From: Hypanus sabinus
Taxonomy: Eukaryota
Length of the DNA: 64,000 nucleotides
Direction of reading: 5' to 3'
NCBI RefSeq assembly: GCF_030144855.1
Contig: NC_082731.1
Location: 20,894,001 to 20,958,000, forward strand
The first letter of the stretch is position 1. Every line of letters starts with the position of its first letter. A program made the translations under genes and the position numbers. The notes below the pieces were generated by a model, which saw nothing but the letters and a program-made list of their open reading frames with translations, ran no database searches and was not told the DNA's origin. Shown piece after piece: positions 25,090 to 39,270 of the stretch.

Positions 25090-26085
25090 TAAATATCCTG
25101 CACGTAAAGTCATAGAAGAAAACAGGTTCTTCGGCCCATCCAATTCTTGCTGAATCATTTAAAATGCCTACGCCCATCAACCTTCACCGGTGCCCTACCC
25201 ACCATACCCCTCGCATCGATACATCTATCCAAACTTCACTTAAACATTGGAATCGAGCTCGCCTTCACCATTTGTGCTGCAAGCTCTTTCCAGCCTATCA
25301 CCAAACTCTAAAGAGGTTTACATTAATTTCCCCCTTAAATATTTCATGTTGCACCCTTAACCCATGATCTCTAATTGTAGTCCCACCCAACCTCGCTGGA
25401 AAAATCCTGCTTGCATTTGGCTTGGCTATACGCCCATTTGTTTGTACACCTTCATCATCTCTCCCATCAAACTTCTACGTTTCAAAGAATACTGTCGTGA
25501 CCTATTCAGTGTTACCTTATAACTCAGGTCCTCCAGACCCAGCAACATCCTTGTAAATATTCTCTGCACTCTTTCATACTTATTTACGTCTTTCCTGTAG
25601 GTAGGTGACCAAAGGTGCACACACAATATTCCAAATTAGGCCTCAACAATATCTTATAGAACTTCAACATCCTATCTCCTCTCCTCAGTACTTTGATTTA
25701 TGAAGGCCAACGTAAAAGACAAAACTCCCTTTACGACCCTATCTGCAGTGCCTATAAAAAAGTAATTACTCCCCTTGGAGGTTTTCGTGTTTTATTGGTT
25801 TATATCATTGAAACACAATGGATTGAATCTGTATTTCTGACAATGATCAACAGAAGAAGTCTGTTCTGCATGCACATGAATCCATTCTCTGCACATTCAT
25901 GTGTCGGTCCACAAGCCTCTTTAACAATCACTGTCGTATCTCTCGCCACCATCATCCTTGACAGCCTATTTCAGACGCCCACTGCTCTCCGAATTCAAGA
26001 TAAAATACTTCAATCATGAATCACCTTCAAACTTTTAACTTGTTAGCTTGAAGCTAAATCCTCTAGTGTTTGATACATTTTAGGC
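25090..26085 (-). mobile_element. CR1 fragments, paralog
   Basis: LWSPTYRKDVNKYERVQRIFTRMLLGLEDLSY. Confidence 0.88.
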
Positions 26086-26123
26086 CCTCTGTTGGTCAGG
26101 GTCAGCCATGGGTGTTACATCTT

Positions 26124-26470
26124 AACTGTCTAATAATTGTAAGAGTAATCCTTCAGCACGGTCGAGAAGGGGCAAGATAATTGCAATATGGTTATATGAC
26201 AAGAGGAGGGGACATTAATTATTATCTTAGACATTCGGAGGCTTCTGAAGCGAGATGGGATACGAAGTATAATGAGGTATGACAGGTGGTGCATGTTGAC
26301 TCACAGGCTGCCATGTACGCTATAGGTAGTAAGAGGGCTCTGTGGGGACGTGGGGAGGCTGATCCTACAGTAGCAAAAATGGTTACACCGCCGTCCCGTT
26401 CCTGAATGGAAGACGAACTCGAAGGATGAGGAAATAAGGGTGTGATATATGCTGCTTTTTGATCACTCAG
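26124..26470 (-). pseudogene. psiV-L1
   Basis: SIQERD..VTIFAT..S.S; GCGTACATGGCAGCCT resembles WYRQP with a 1-nt insertion; GACAGTT 8 nt after the final Cys position. Confidence 0.62.
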
Positions 26471-26479
26471 AGGAAATAA

Positions 26480-26700
26480 GAAACTTTGAAAACGTACTGC
26501 ACAATAGAAGCCCATTGGCTCACAAAGGTGTCCCGAACATGTCCGTACCTTAGAAACCTCAGGCTTACCCATAACCTTCTATTTTCCAGAGCTTCAAGTA
26601 TCCAACCAGGAGTTCTTGAAAGACCCTATCACCACCACCGCCGAGTGTGTATTCCACGCACTCACCAGTTCCTGAGTAAAATAAAACATCCTTGATAACT
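26480..26700 (-). mobile_element. CR1-type 3' terminal fragment
   Basis: Homologous to 23005-23200; lies between psiV-L and psiV-J. Confidence 0.75.
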
Positions 26701-26799
26701 CGCCAAAATTGAGGAAGAGAGTCCCAACTCATCTCACGCCGAGGCTGTTGAAATGGTGTACACCAGCAGAGGACAGGCAGGTCTGCAGATGCACCATAC

Positions 26800-27325
26800 A
26801 GTCAGACTGGCTCTGAAATAACTGGAAAGGAAGCTGAGCTGAGATAAGTGGCAGAGTGGTCATGTTGCCGGAAGGCACAAGTAATCGATCGGGGGGACTT
26901 TACAAGATAGCGCAAGAGTATCTTACTCTGAAGAAGTAGATGGTGGCGTAAGGAGGTTTCAAATAGTCAGGAGACCCCGGGAGAATATGGCCTATATAAC
27001 CCCTTGAGTTTTACGACGATCTCTCTCGTGAAATATGTCAATATATTTACAATTGGCTTGGAGGTTTTGAGCGTTTTCACAATTCCTTTGAAAACGATGT
27101 TATTAATGAACGAATGTCAAATTATTTCAAAGCGATCAAAACATTACTATTTTGGTGGAGTATAGTGTAAAACTCTGTTTCCAGCTTTTAAATGTTATGC
27201 TGTTATCAATAAAATTTAGCAAATCTGTAACAGCACTCTCTACTGATTTCAGTCTTTCTGGATTATTCCTGAGGATAGGCGATGAAGAGGAATATGTGCC
27301 ATCCAAAAAGGATGATAGACCGTGG
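26800..27325 (-). pseudogene. psiV-J1
   Basis: LTYFTRE..L.G (cf. CTYSTS..L.W), SPDYL, CGATCGATTA as in the DRL of V1, TATTTCAGAGCC resembling YFCA; leader-like segment at 27268-27325. Confidence 0.68.
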
Positions 27326-28156
27326 TTTTATTTTTTTCTTTTTTATATATCTACATGCTTTGAGTACTGCATGAGAGTGTTCGTTATTAAAATATCATGG
27401 ATTTTCGGTTGTCATTTTCGTTCCGTCTGCCGTACCAATATTCGAAATTTCGTTTTGCCTGTGTTCATCGAACATACCTATAAGAACTCTGTTCAATATT
27501 AGCGTCGTAATTTAATTTGAATAATATGATATTCCTTGCTTGCTTCAGCTCCACGGTCAATCATTACGTTTGTACACTACCATCCGTGCAATACCCTCTG
27601 TGTTAAACAATGCTTCAGTTGAACTGCTCTCGCATTCACTCCTCACACTAAACCGGCGCACAGAGATGTTATCAGTAGCAACAAAATGCTTGAGCTTTCT
27701 ATCTAATAAATGAAATTTAAATTTTTATGAACAACCCACAGTTCTCTCTTCTGCCGCCTGCATCAAAATAATAAAAACATATTCGGACTAATCAGTGTCT
27801 CTTCTTTTTAATTCTCCCTTTAATAACCCTATGTTTGATTTGTATGTCGACAAGTTCTGTTGCAATATGATAAAATTCTTTTCTTTTCATGATCTTTCAC
27901 GCCAATACGCACTGTACGACCAACTGGAAATTTCACGTTCATAATGTAGTTAAAAAATATTTGAGTTAAATCAATTGTGCCCCGCGTTCGTGTTGGACAC
28001 TCGATATTTTCAAACCATTCAATTATGCCTTCTGATGTTAGTTAGAATGTGTTTCTACATTGCTTTCCCAGCTTTGTTTCTTTTGGTGAGCTCGCCCTCT
28101 TTCGAGCTCACATGAAATGATTGAAGTTTTTTTTTTGTTCAGTGCAAAAAGGATCT

Positions 28157-28655
28157 CTTATTTCACATGGGTACATGGCGGAGTAGGGTTTGACAGAATA
28201 ATTATGTATATCTTTGCAATGTCTAACCATCGGTCTATTCCATCAATTAGTTGATTTACTTTATCTGTTGGAATGCACAACAATTACTTTGGTTGTTGTC
28301 TGTTCACGAACACATCTGGGAGAGCACCAATTGTTTGAAAAGTTAAATTCAAAATTGTCTTACTTTTATCATGGTAGGGTGTTTAACCGAGCAATTGTTC
28401 CACGATGTCTTGATGATCCCAGTGTAACTATAAAATAAATAATAAATCACAATCAACACTCCCATCAAACTGCAAACTTGAATAGAACAAGCGTCGTTGA
28501 AGGATATCTAGAGTAGTTTCGAACATTACAGTACCATTCTAGAGTACCATCGGGTATTAAAGTAGTATTCTACATTAATGTCGGTTATTACAATGAAGTT
28601 TCAACTTACTGAGGAGGAACATCATAATGAGGAGTGGCAGGAACCGGCCTTGAAC
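28157..28655 (-). pseudogene. psiV-A2
   Basis: 46-nt leader relic 28610-28655 with GT donor but no ATG; exon WDHQDIVEQ..TILNLTFQ..DVFVNRQQP..YSAMYPC; stops. Confidence 0.8.
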
Positions 28656-29569
28656 AATCACGTTCCCGACTCCGTAATTCTGGAATAGTGCAGTGGAAAC
28701 GGAATGTCGAATTGAAAATACAGCAAAATCTGACCATTACAAACAACCTCAAAGGAAATCTAACAGTATCAGGTCTGTGACAAAAGGCTTTCAAACTTTG
28801 TGCAAGATTCGACAGATCAGTTCTCAACTGGCAAAGATAGGTAAAAATGGAGTAAAGACTTCGTGTGCCAAGATTAATTGCACAGTGTGGCTCGGCGTTG
28901 AACGAAGTTCGTGTAGCTGCAGAGCGACATGCAGAAGACTGTCTTCAAACTACGCTTGCACGTCGAGACAGATTATACCCGAAGTACGGAAGGCAATGTA
29001 ACGAAATAAATGTTCCAAAATGGAAATAGTATCAGGTGGGTTGGGCATTTGCAGTTCGTCCTGTTATCGTACACACCACTGAAAATGGTAAAATTTATAT
29101 TGTCTATCTTCTTTTCAGATAATTGCTAGATTGCATTTGTACAAGATGATGTGCATTGCTAAGTCCTTTCAACGAGCTGGAGCTCTGCTTTTATACAGTA
29201 TTCAGTGTTTCTGCGCGTAATGTATTACCCAATTAAAATATGATGTACAGGCCGAAGTATAACAGCTCCCAGAGGTATTTATGTTTCTTCTCGGCCAACT
29301 TGAATCTATGGATATAGTTGCTGATAAATAAATTAAAAAAAAATCCAGGCATCAATACATTCCAGATTGTTCTGCTGACGCACAGTTATATCTGCATAGA
29401 AATTTCAAAAATACTAAATTCAAGTGATATATTCCTTCACTGAATCATTGTGAATGTCTCTAAAGTTGGCACATAAGGAACAATTTCCTCATTATTTTGT
29501 GATTGCGCCGCACTCTGTCGCTAATGTATATATTACGGAAACGTCAGTGACATAATTACAATCAGTTGT

Positions 29570-30480
29570 GTCAACACTTTATCGTGTACTAGGAGACGAT
29601 CATTTTACATATAATGTTGGATTAACAAATATTTGTTTTAGTACGCCTTTCATATCAGCCATTAACATTGCTCAGCTTTAATCAACAAGCTCCATTCCTG
29701 CTTCTCAGATCCTCCACCTGCAACTGGATTAGCTATCGTAAACGGGACACACCCTGGGAAACAAAGTGGAAAGAACATCTCATTGTCGCTGACGATCAAC
29801 AGTGCTGCAATCCAAACATACCTTCTCGATCCTTACGGCAAGCACGATTCTGACGCTCAGCAAAACTCTAATCTCTTCGTTAAAGTTAACGGAAAAATAG
29901 ATATTGTTTGCATAATTTCAGATAGTGACGAAGAGGCGCACTGCAGCTATAGAGATCAGTTGATTGAGGGCTGTCTTTGTAAGACCAAAATTAATTTTGT
30001 ACTTCAGGAATGGAAAGCGATGGAACACATACCAATCCTTATCGAGGAATCAGGATTGGAAAGGATAAGCAGCTTGGAATGAGTGGCTGTCGACATCTCT
30101 GTGGATTTATACTTTGCACAATTATAAAGAAGGCATTACAGTGGATAAATGTCACAGGAGGCTTGAGAAATGGTCCTCCATCAAATACACACAGTAATTT
30201 CTAGAGATATATGGGGACCATTATAACTGGTTGCGTCTGTCTCCAGTATGGTAGGGAACTGCACTGGAACAAAATAAAACAAACAAATCACCTTTGAATA
30301 TTTTAAACTCAGCCAGTTTCATCACTGATACAACACTTAAAAGAATCCATAATACCTGTAGAAGGCGGTACTTCGAATAAAGGAGTCATAGAGTACTCCT
30401 CCTAAGTTACCAACTCCGAGGAATGTCTTCACACTTAACTTTCAGGAACCTGCCGTCAGATTTCTGATAGACAATCTCTC
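29570..30480 (+). mobile_element. Rex1/Babar fragment, copy 3
   Basis: SLTINS..YGKHD..SDEEAH..YRDQL. Confidence 0.8.
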
Positions 30481-31265
30481 ATAAACGCTGCCTTAGTTTC
30501 TCTTCCCTCACTTTTTGCACTGCTATTTTAGTTATTTATTAAATATATACCTCGTGTGGTAATGTATCATATTGTTATTTATTGCAATGCACTGCTGCCG
30601 CAAACCAACAAATTGCACGCTAGGATCTCCAGGAAACATGTGAGACATGTGAGTAATTTCATAATAATTCTTTTTTAAAGTTTGATGTGTTAGCTCAACT
30701 GTCTGTTTTCCTCCGACAAATTTTGAAGCAGACTCCTTAAAACAAATTGCATCAGGATTAACTTGTGGACACACAAACCACATCGTGGAACTATTTTCTT
30801 CATCCACAACCTAATTCACTCTCTAGCAATCTATTGCACAAACTGTCAGCGTAAAAATCGCCATCTTTTTCCCCTCAAAGAAAAAAAGAGATCGTCTTAT
30901 TTTCTTTGCTGTTTGTTGTTGTTGTTTAATTTGAAGGGAGATTGAAAACTGATGAATTACAATCTCGCCTTATCATCCAAAGGGAATGGGTGAGAGAAAC
31001 ACCCTTTAGTGTCTATAATTTGCCTTATCTGCTATTCCAAAATATGAGTTGTGTGCAAAAGCGAGCATGTGAGTAGTGCATTTTCCACGATCACCTCATA
31101 GACACCGCAGAAGCAATCCGTGAGTATATAAAAATTATGAGCTGAAGAAGATCAGCCATTTCTGATCACTTCTTAGTGGGATCACGCTGAACTGTCGCGG
31201 AACAGGTCGTGAAAACCTGCCATGAACCAACAATTGGAATTATTGGGAGCAGATGATTGTGCTGG

Positions 31266-31480
31266 TTATCCGCCTCCTACTGCACTATCTGTTAACTGCA
31301 GTAAATATAATAGTGGCGTCTCGACAATAGTAAAGTACATATATATTCGTGGTTCAGGGGACGTCTGGAACCTTTTGTAAGTTAGATTCTTGCCGAGATT
31401 TGTATAAACCAGATTGGTGGACGAAAAGCTAATTTGTGGGTTTCTTTTTCCTTCCAATTCAGCGTTGAGTGCAATGCAGT
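31266..31480 (-). pseudogene. psiV-B candidate (best copy; paralogs ~7005-7200, 14420-14626, 39965-40155, 54200-54405)
   Basis: Translates ..FQTSPEP..LLQLTDSAV (DSAV motif) downstream of a polypyrimidine-AG; too short for a full V exon. Confidence 0.33.
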
Positions 31481-31537
31481 GATAGAAAAGAAATGCAAAG
31501 AAAAAATGCACGCCCTCTTTCACTTTCCATAGTTCTA

Positions 31538-31987
31538 ACTCGTGGAACAATTGCATGTAGCCAAGTCAGATATTAGCTCAATAACAATGCTCAGACGAGG
31601 CGAAACATAAGTGAGGTATGGGCGCAACGGCGACACGTTCAATACTGCACCGTTTGCTGACCTTATATTCGGGCGGAAAATACAAAAACTTTCTCAGTAA
31701 TGACTGGATTGGAGGAGGAGGCCTCCAACGAATGGAAGAAAGTGAAAAAACATCTGCTTATTAACTGAGCCATGCAAAGTGAACTGACATGTTGAGAATA
31801 TAAGCGATTTATTAACGTTCAATCTAGATAAAGAACAGTATTTATTTCGCACAATTCGAAAAAAAAGCTAAGTCTTTATAATTTATTTTAGGATTGGAAT
31901 GATTAATTTTATATTTTCACGTGGTTATTTTCCCAGTAAAAATAAAACAGAAAATACAACTTCCCAGTAAAAAAGTACTTTAATCAA
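31538..31987 (-). pseudogene. psiV-C3
   Basis: 3' end reads RLSIVIELISDLATCNCS versus ELSIRNAIISDSATYLCA, with identical spacing. Confidence 0.72.
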
Positions 31988-32459
31988 GATGAACTGTGCT
32001 TATTATATATTTCACGAAATTTAACAAAAATGGACAGTAGGGCAACTTGCCAGTTGCAGGTGCATCGTCGTATACATCGGAAGGTGCAATACAGCGTCTT
32101 CTGATCGTAAATTGAAACTATTAATTGAACGACAGAATGCAGATGGGACAATTTTAGGACAAATGAGATGACGAGTTTCTAAATCTGAATATGCACTCAA
32201 CTTTCAACTGGGAGATTAATAACAATTATCGTGCATATCCAATGAGTAGATTTTGGTGCATAAGCGCTGTAAGTTTATTCAAAATGTGCAGTAGTCTTGA
32301 TAGTTTAGAACATGTTTATTATTTGATTTCGTCTCTTACTGTGAATGTTGCAAAAAAAGCAAGTACAATGCTTCAAACAATCAAGACGGATGGTGTCAAC
32401 ACTGCTCAAAATTAAGTGACTTAATTTCAGAGAGCAAGCGCCATTCATATTGACAGTTG

Positions 32460-32927
32460 CACAGTGCTTTGATCTGTAGTAGTAGTCAATCAAAATGAAT
32501 TGCGAAATTTATGTTATTTGTATGTACACGAATGAAAATTGTCGGTAAGCGCAATGGATCGTGACTCAGATCACCGTTGGTTGCAAATACACAGCGTTTA
32601 TTTATATCGGAAACAATATGACCCTGGCGTTTAAATAGGTAAGCCTCTCTCGAAAATAAACGAGATTCAACACAACAATCCGGCAAAGTTCGATTGATTC
32701 GTTAACTGAAATGAAAAGCCGCATGATTGTTTATGTGTGATTTCACTAAACGATAGCTTCTTCACATTTTGAAGTATAATGTTCATTGGATATGTGCGAT
32801 TCTTATTGCAAAGTTTTGACCCTCTCTATATTAAAAGTCCCATTAAAAGGATTCATGTATCCATACTGATCATTATTGCAGCTTCTGATATGAAATGGTA
32901 AATATTCAGAGACATTAATGAACACAT
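32460..32927 (-). pseudogene. psiV-D3 candidate
   Basis: Leader-like MCSLMSLNIYHFISE-G (46 nt); heptamer-like CACTGTG at 32460-32466; no nonamer. Confidence 0.47.
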
Positions 32928-33130
32928 AGCAATCACTTAAAATGAAGTCGCTTTGATGAAAGTTACAGACATTGAACAACAAAAACATCTATTGCAAATG
33001 TCAAAATTATACGTAACTGTTGATAGATGTATCTGTAATCATCATATGAAAGAATGGGACTTCATTCAGCACTTACATTAACCTTGATGTGTTCGCCCTC
33101 TATCGAGCTCTCGGAGAAACTGTGAAAGTG

Positions 33131-33168
33131 GGTTTTTGTTCGAGATAGTTGAGTTTTTTAACACAGTG
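33131..33168 (-). other. RSS of V3: CACTGTG-22-ACAAAAACC
   Basis: Variant heptamer 33162-33168, 22-nt spacer, consensus nonamer 33131-33139. Confidence 0.93.
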
Positions 33169-33644
33169 TGCTCATCGCACAGAGGTACGTGGCTGAGTCA
33201 GAGAATATGGCGTTCTTTATGGATAGTTCGGAATATTTTTTACTGTTATCATAGGAAGCAGATAATCGGTCGGTTACATCTTCATTTCGGTTTACTATCG
33301 TTCCAATGATCCGAATCAAATATTTCGGTCGCTGTCTGGGGCGCTGCCTGTACCAGAAAACATTCGGGGATGCATCATTTGTTTTTAAAGTACAGCTTAG
33401 GGTAACATTCCTTCCTTCTTCGACTGCCATTGCATCCAATGTCTGTCCCACGGAGTCTTGAAGGCTCCAATCTGACAGTAAAATTAAAAAAAAGATCATA
33501 AGCTTTACTTCGAACAACATGGTTCCGTAAATAGAAAATAAAACATGTTTACCGAGAATTAGGCTGGTCTGGAATATTACAGTGAAGGAGCAACTTACCC
33601 AGAAAAAACACAACAACGAGGAGCAGCGTGAGACAGGACTTCAT
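33169..33644 (-). CDS. TCR alpha/delta V segment V3, intact: join(33599-33644, 33169-33471)
   Basis: Leader MKSCLTLLLVVVFFL-G, GT..AG intron of 127 nt, V exon VTLSC..NVFWYRQ..SDSATYLCAM open. Confidence 0.93.
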
Positions 33645-34736
33645 AATCACTCGATTTGACTTCCGCGATCAGAGAGTGGAGACACATCGCCAGAGGATAA
33701 ATAAACATATCCTTGAACGAACCGTCCAATCACATCAGGCAACGCAGCTGCTGAGTTTCTAAATACACAGTAGGTCAAGGCTTTCAGACGTAGTGCTGGG
33801 AATGAAATTTTGCGAACCTTATCGGAGAAGTGCACAACAAAAGAGTCAAGTACTTTACGAGCTGACGTTTAACGCCGCAGCGCCACGCATAGGCGAAGGA
33901 ATGCGGGGCAGCCGGCATTCCCGTGGAGAACACTGTCAATAAATTCCGCTTGCTCATCGGGGCAGAGTAAACGTGAGTGTAACGAACTGTGAGTACAGCA
34001 AAAGATGCAATAAAAGTCTTTACTCTTCCCTGATGTGGATTTCTGGCAGAATTTAGACACGTCAGATTTGATCTGCAAAGCAGAAATGAGCACGCTGCAC
34101 AGTACACGATACTTTAACGTGTTCACATGCAAACGATAGAAGTAGCTTTTCTCTGAATAACAGCAATTAATTAGGTGTATGGAAGTAGTGATTATTTGTG
34201 TATAGGCTGTTGTTACGTGAAGGAAGCTCTGAGTTCACGTTACATCACCAGGAGGAAAGAAAATATATTTCACCAGATGGCGGCAAAAAATAACGTATTT
34301 CCTCACTTGGACTCTTTATTCTTCGATTTTCGCAAGTTTCCCCATCAACTGTGTTCCCAAAGTTTCTGTCTTTTATAATTGTCATGTGAAATGAAAATAA
34401 TCAATTTACATCAGTAAAAAAAAAGTTTATATCCGGAAATGAGAGCGTCCCAAATGCAATAAGGTCTCAGAGTGAATTCAGCTCAATCCAGAAGTGAATA
34501 ATTTTCCTCAATTTAGAATGTATTATTTATTTTATCTAATTGCCTCAAGCTTATATTTTTCTCTGCTGTTTTATTTTAATTTTAATTGCAATATTTATCA
34601 ATCAAATTATTTCTAAATGTAAATAAATTATGGCACAAGCAAGCAACTAGATAGTTCTGGAGATAAAGAGAAAATGATAAATAACCAATCAGATTAAAGA
34701 TGTAATGGAGTTTAAAACGTTTCAGCAGATACAGCG

Positions 34737-35168
34737 TCTCATGATGACAATGCAAAAACGAGTCTACCTCCATGGCAGAGTGTGATTATTCAGCGAAATT
34801 TGAAAAATATTGTTCTCTCGACAGTTACTCTCACTGCCAGTCAGACAATCTTTGCTTTTCAAACGCTTGCACCCTTTGGGACATCACATTCCTTCCGAGT
34901 AATATCGTAGGTAGGGTATTTTGTTTTCCATTACTGAAATGTTTAAAATAATCCTTCAGAATATAGGTTCTCATAGCTTCTCTCTGTTCGTTATGAAATT
35001 GATGCTCAACATTTAGGACGAGAATAAGTATAGAAATCTAAATGAAAAAAAGGTACTTTGTAATCAAAGGCCTGTCGCAAACTCAGCTGCTGTTAACGGC
35101 TTTACGACGCCTGAGTTGGAGTTTCGCTGTGTGCAAAGCAAGAATCGTATAACTGCGGTGCCATCCAT
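34737..35168 (-). pseudogene. psiV-G2
   Basis: Paralog of G1/G3. Confidence 0.55.
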
Positions 35169-35524
35169 TTCTGCTTCTGAACACGCGTACTCTCCTGCAC
35201 GTTCGCTGTGAACACTAGGTAGAAATTCATTTGAATACGTCAAAATAAATTATGAAAAATCGGATATGAAGTTACAGTAATTTTTTGTCACCTTTTCACA
35301 TGAGAAGGATTCACCAATCGATGCAGCAATGGAGGAGCTCCCGGAATGCATTGTAATCAGTCTGATGGGTTCTGCGACAATACAAATTGCGTGGGTGTTT
35401 ATTTGAATTTATCTGTCATCCTTTAGCGTTTAATAAATTGTTTGAGAATATAATTCATCCCGACATCGCACCCAATATTTGATTTGTGGAGCATGCCGAT
35501 TCTTATTTATTTACTTATTTCTGT

Positions 35525-35862
35525 TTTTTTGATTACTTGTTTATTTCCTGAGATACATTGAGGAGTTTGCCCTTTTTGCACTTCGAGGCACGCAGCCCAG
35601 CAACCGCCAGGTACAATCCGAGTCTAATCACTTTATTGTTTATAATAATAAATCAACCGTCCAAAGACGACCAAAAGTTGGGCAGTTGGAGGAACAAAGA
35701 GTAAACAATGTAAATACCAGGTTATCGGGGGAGAAAATCCAATCCCTTTCGAAATAGTGATTCGGATTGAAAATATAACTTATATGTTTTAAGTACAGTA
35801 GAACGTTGTAATAACCTGTTTGCTTCTGTGTGGTTGCTTGCACTCTCAGTCTTTTTATGTAA
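35525..35862 (-). pseudogene. psiV-K2
   Basis: Paralog of K1/K3. Confidence 0.5.
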
Positions 35863-36727
35863 TGTTACATACACCTTGTGCACCATAACATAATTGGGTA
35901 TCTAGTGAGCAGTATGAGATCGTCCTGTGATGGTGGGGCGATGTAATTTCCCGCCAGTGTGAGGTCACCTGATGTAATTTTCTCACCAGTCAGAGGTCAG
36001 GTGATGGCCTGTTCCAACAGGAATAAAATTGGAAAGCCTTGCTGGAAGGCAGGAGATTTTTTTTTGTTTGGTTGGGACGTTGTTTTTGTTGCGCCGTTAT
36101 GCTGCGTATTCGTCTCATGACGCAGTTTTTTTTTAAAGAGGAGTTTTACTTTCTATTTTAAGTCTCAATGCTTATTCCCGGCTGTTTCGCCACGATGCTG
36201 CCAGTTTTAATCCAGTCGGAGAGTGAAGTATTTACCGAAGTACGGAAAACTCAGAGTATCGAGAATCTTTTGTGGCTTCGGCGGTATACTGCAGCATCGA
36301 GCTTATTGAATCCTGGTTTAAGGAATTAGAAACCTGCAACGGAGATAACACCTGTCTTATTTAAGTGCAGAAAGGTTTGGGTCAGCGTGATTAATCAAGG
36401 AAAATGTCAGTTCTTTAAGCCGTCCTTTAATTCCCTAATCATAAATCCTTCGGGCAACGCACATTTTGACTGCGATGAGCAGTAACGCCACGTCGTCGAG
36501 GAAATCGTTCCTTTAGGAAAGTCTCTCAATTTGGACGTTTGCATTTACCATTTCTCTGAACTGTGTTCACATTTACCGCTTTAAGAACTGTTCGAATTAC
36601 CGTATAGACATTACCTTCCCGTTAAGTTACTCATTTGTTTATGTTTATTTGTTGTTGAGCTGATTTCACATAACTGTTTCTTTGTTCATAAAAATGTCTC
36701 AATTCTATATTTATTGTTGCCGTAACA
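35863..36727 (+). mobile_element. Solo LTR, copy 2
   Basis: TGTTAC..CGTAACA. Confidence 0.85.
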
Positions 36728-36843
36728 TAAAACAAATTATTGGCAACTGAAATCTTTCTCAGAAGTTTTCAGTTTGTCCTCATCAATCTCCCAGCAAATA
36801 TTTTGGAAATTTTCGCCGATTTCCCGTCTGTCATCATTACAAT

Positions 36844-37195
36844 AGCTTTTACCAGCTTCTGGATATTTCTCCCACTGAAAAAATTATCGCTGCGAAAACG
36901 GACTGCAGCTTCCTCGTTATTGGGAATCCTCACCATAACCCCCTTAGCTAACGATCGACCACGCGGTTGACCTGTTCATTGCATTTTGATTCCGGTGCCG
37001 TAAATTTCGCTACTGCATCAAGCAAATCTGTTATTACAACCTTCTTTCGAGGCGGGCTGCAAGAAGTTCGTACATCTTTCTTTTGGATATGTGATATTTG
37101 GGTATAAACCACAAATCTTACATTTCAGCTTTACAACAAATAGTCATAGAGCAACTGAATTAAGCTTTAATCATGGCCACATTTCAGTGAGACAA
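36844..37195 (-). pseudogene. psiV-H1b
   Basis: VKLKCKICG..YGTGIK..EEAAVRF; TTCAGTG-20-GTAAAAGCT. Only the 3' remnant survives at 48088-48200. Confidence 0.58.
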
Positions 37196-37482
37196 GTGCG
37201 TACCATGTTAATGCTGAATGTACTGGCGGCGATACATCATCTAGTGGATGGTTGCACCGAAAATGATCCCAAAGTAAAGAATAAAAAAAACAGTTCCAAG
37301 TGGCTTTTTGGCGCCTTTTATTCTGTTACCAGTGACGATATAGAGATTTTTTTATTAAACGTGGAATTAACAAATAGCCTATTTAGTGAATATATTTCAA
37401 GCTTTACTTCAACACCAGCAAACATCTGCTTGAGCCACTCAGATTCGCACCAACCCGTGTACACTGCATTTACCGTAAAAAA

Positions 37483-37790
37483 AAACGTGGTTATTAATTA
37501 GGACACATCGTATATGTTGTGTGTTCACCTTATGTAGAATAAACCAAATACAACGATGCATATCAAATTAAGTAGATTGAGGGCAACAGGGAAAGAAGTT
37601 CTGTAAGTTTTAGAAAATAAGCAGAAATAGCTTCAGCTGGTTCCGGTTGCTTTCTGTTCCTAGGTCTATTATCCATAATAGTCGTCATTTGAAACTCATT
37701 CTTTGTGTACTGACAAACATACGTCTGAATGAATATTCCGTCATCTCTTGTGGCTTCTGCATTTCAAATTAGCCAAAGAAATAAGCAGGA
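37483..37790 (-). pseudogene. psiV-H2b
   Basis: Paralog of H2a/H2c. Confidence 0.58.
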
Positions 37791-37840
37791 AACTGAAGCT
37801 TATTTTTTTCAACCCGAAGAAGTACTTACAAATGTCCTTA

Positions 37841-38019
37841 CCAATGATCGACTTTCTCTGCTGGAATCCGCCACAATTACTTTGGTTGTTGTCTCTTCAG
37901 GAACATATCTGGGAAAGCACCATTTGGTTGAAAACTTAAATTTAAAACTTTCTTACTTATTTCATGGAAGGTTGTTTAATCGAGCAACTGTTCCACGATG
38001 TCTTGGTGATCCCATGTAA
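37841..38019 (-). pseudogene. psiV-A3, truncated (5' part of V exon only)
   Basis: Homologous to 3690-3870; leader region deleted and 3' half replaced by a junction. Confidence 0.7.
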
Positions 38020-38629
38020 CTATAAAATAAATAATAAATCACAATCTATACTTCCAGCAGAATCTGTAATTCTGGAATAGTGCAGTGGAAACGGGAAATT
38101 GGATTGAAAATACAGCAAACTCTGATAATTTTAACCAACCTGAAGAGCAAACCAACAGTATCAAATCTGTGACAAAAGGCTTACAAACGTGGTGCAGGAT
38201 TCGAAAGGTCAGTTTTCAAACCGGCAGAGATAGGTAAAAATGAAATAAATTCTTTGTGTGCTGACATTAACTGCACAGTGCCGCTCGGCAGTGAGCGAAG
38301 TTAATGCAGCTGGAAGGCTTCTTGGAGAAAATTGTCTTCAAACTACAGTTGCACGTCGAGGCAGATAATGACAGTAGTACGAAAGACAATGTAACGAAGT
38401 AAGTCTGCCAAAATGGAGATAGTATCAGGCAGTAAACAATTCTAGTCGATTTCAGGCACAAAGTTCGGAGATCGGATTTCATTTAAAAACGCTGAAACGA
38501 ACTGGAATATTTGCCGTGCAACATTTCTTCGCCTCTCAGTGGTGTCTGCGAATTTAGCCTTTCTCTGAATAACTTCAGAACTTATCGAAAAGATAGTAGC
38601 GTTGATTATTTTTCTAGACTTCTTTGAGA

Positions 38630-39270
38630 CATGAAGGAAGCCAAGATTTTATTTGGTAAATTTGAAGGCAATATAGATATAGTTTGCCTAATTTCAGATA
38701 GCGAGGAAGAGGCGTACGGCAGCTGTACAGATCAGCTGCTTAAGTGTTGCCCTATAAAGACCAAATTTAATTTTAAACTTCAGGAGTGTAAGGCGATGGT
38801 GCACAAACCAATCTTTATCGAGGAATCGGAACTGTAAAGGATAAGCAGTTTGAAATGCGTGGCGGTCGACATCCTGTGGATTTATTCTTGGCAAAACTAC
38901 AAAGAAGGCCTTACAGCGGCTAGATATCACTGGAGGCTTGAGAATTGGTCCTCCATCAAATACGCACAGTAATTTCTAGAGATTTTTGTGGACCATTATA
39001 ACTGGTTGCGTCTGTGCCTGGTATGGTAGGGAACTGCACTGGAAGAAAGTAAAGAAAAAAAAAATTACCGCAGAATATTTTAAACGCAGCCAGCTGCACC
39101 ATTGCATCAACACACAGAAGCATCTAGGATACTTGTAGAAGGCGGTACTTCGAATAAATGAGTCATTGAGTACTCCTCCCCAGTTACCTTCACCGAGGAC
39201 TGCCGTCACGCTTAACTTTCAGGAATCTGCCGTCAGATTTCCGACAGACAAACAGCCCAAAACACTGCCT
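38630..39270 (+). mobile_element. Rex1/Babar fragment, copy 4 (5'-deleted)
   Basis: Starts at the KF(EG)N motif after a unit-specific deletion. Confidence 0.78.
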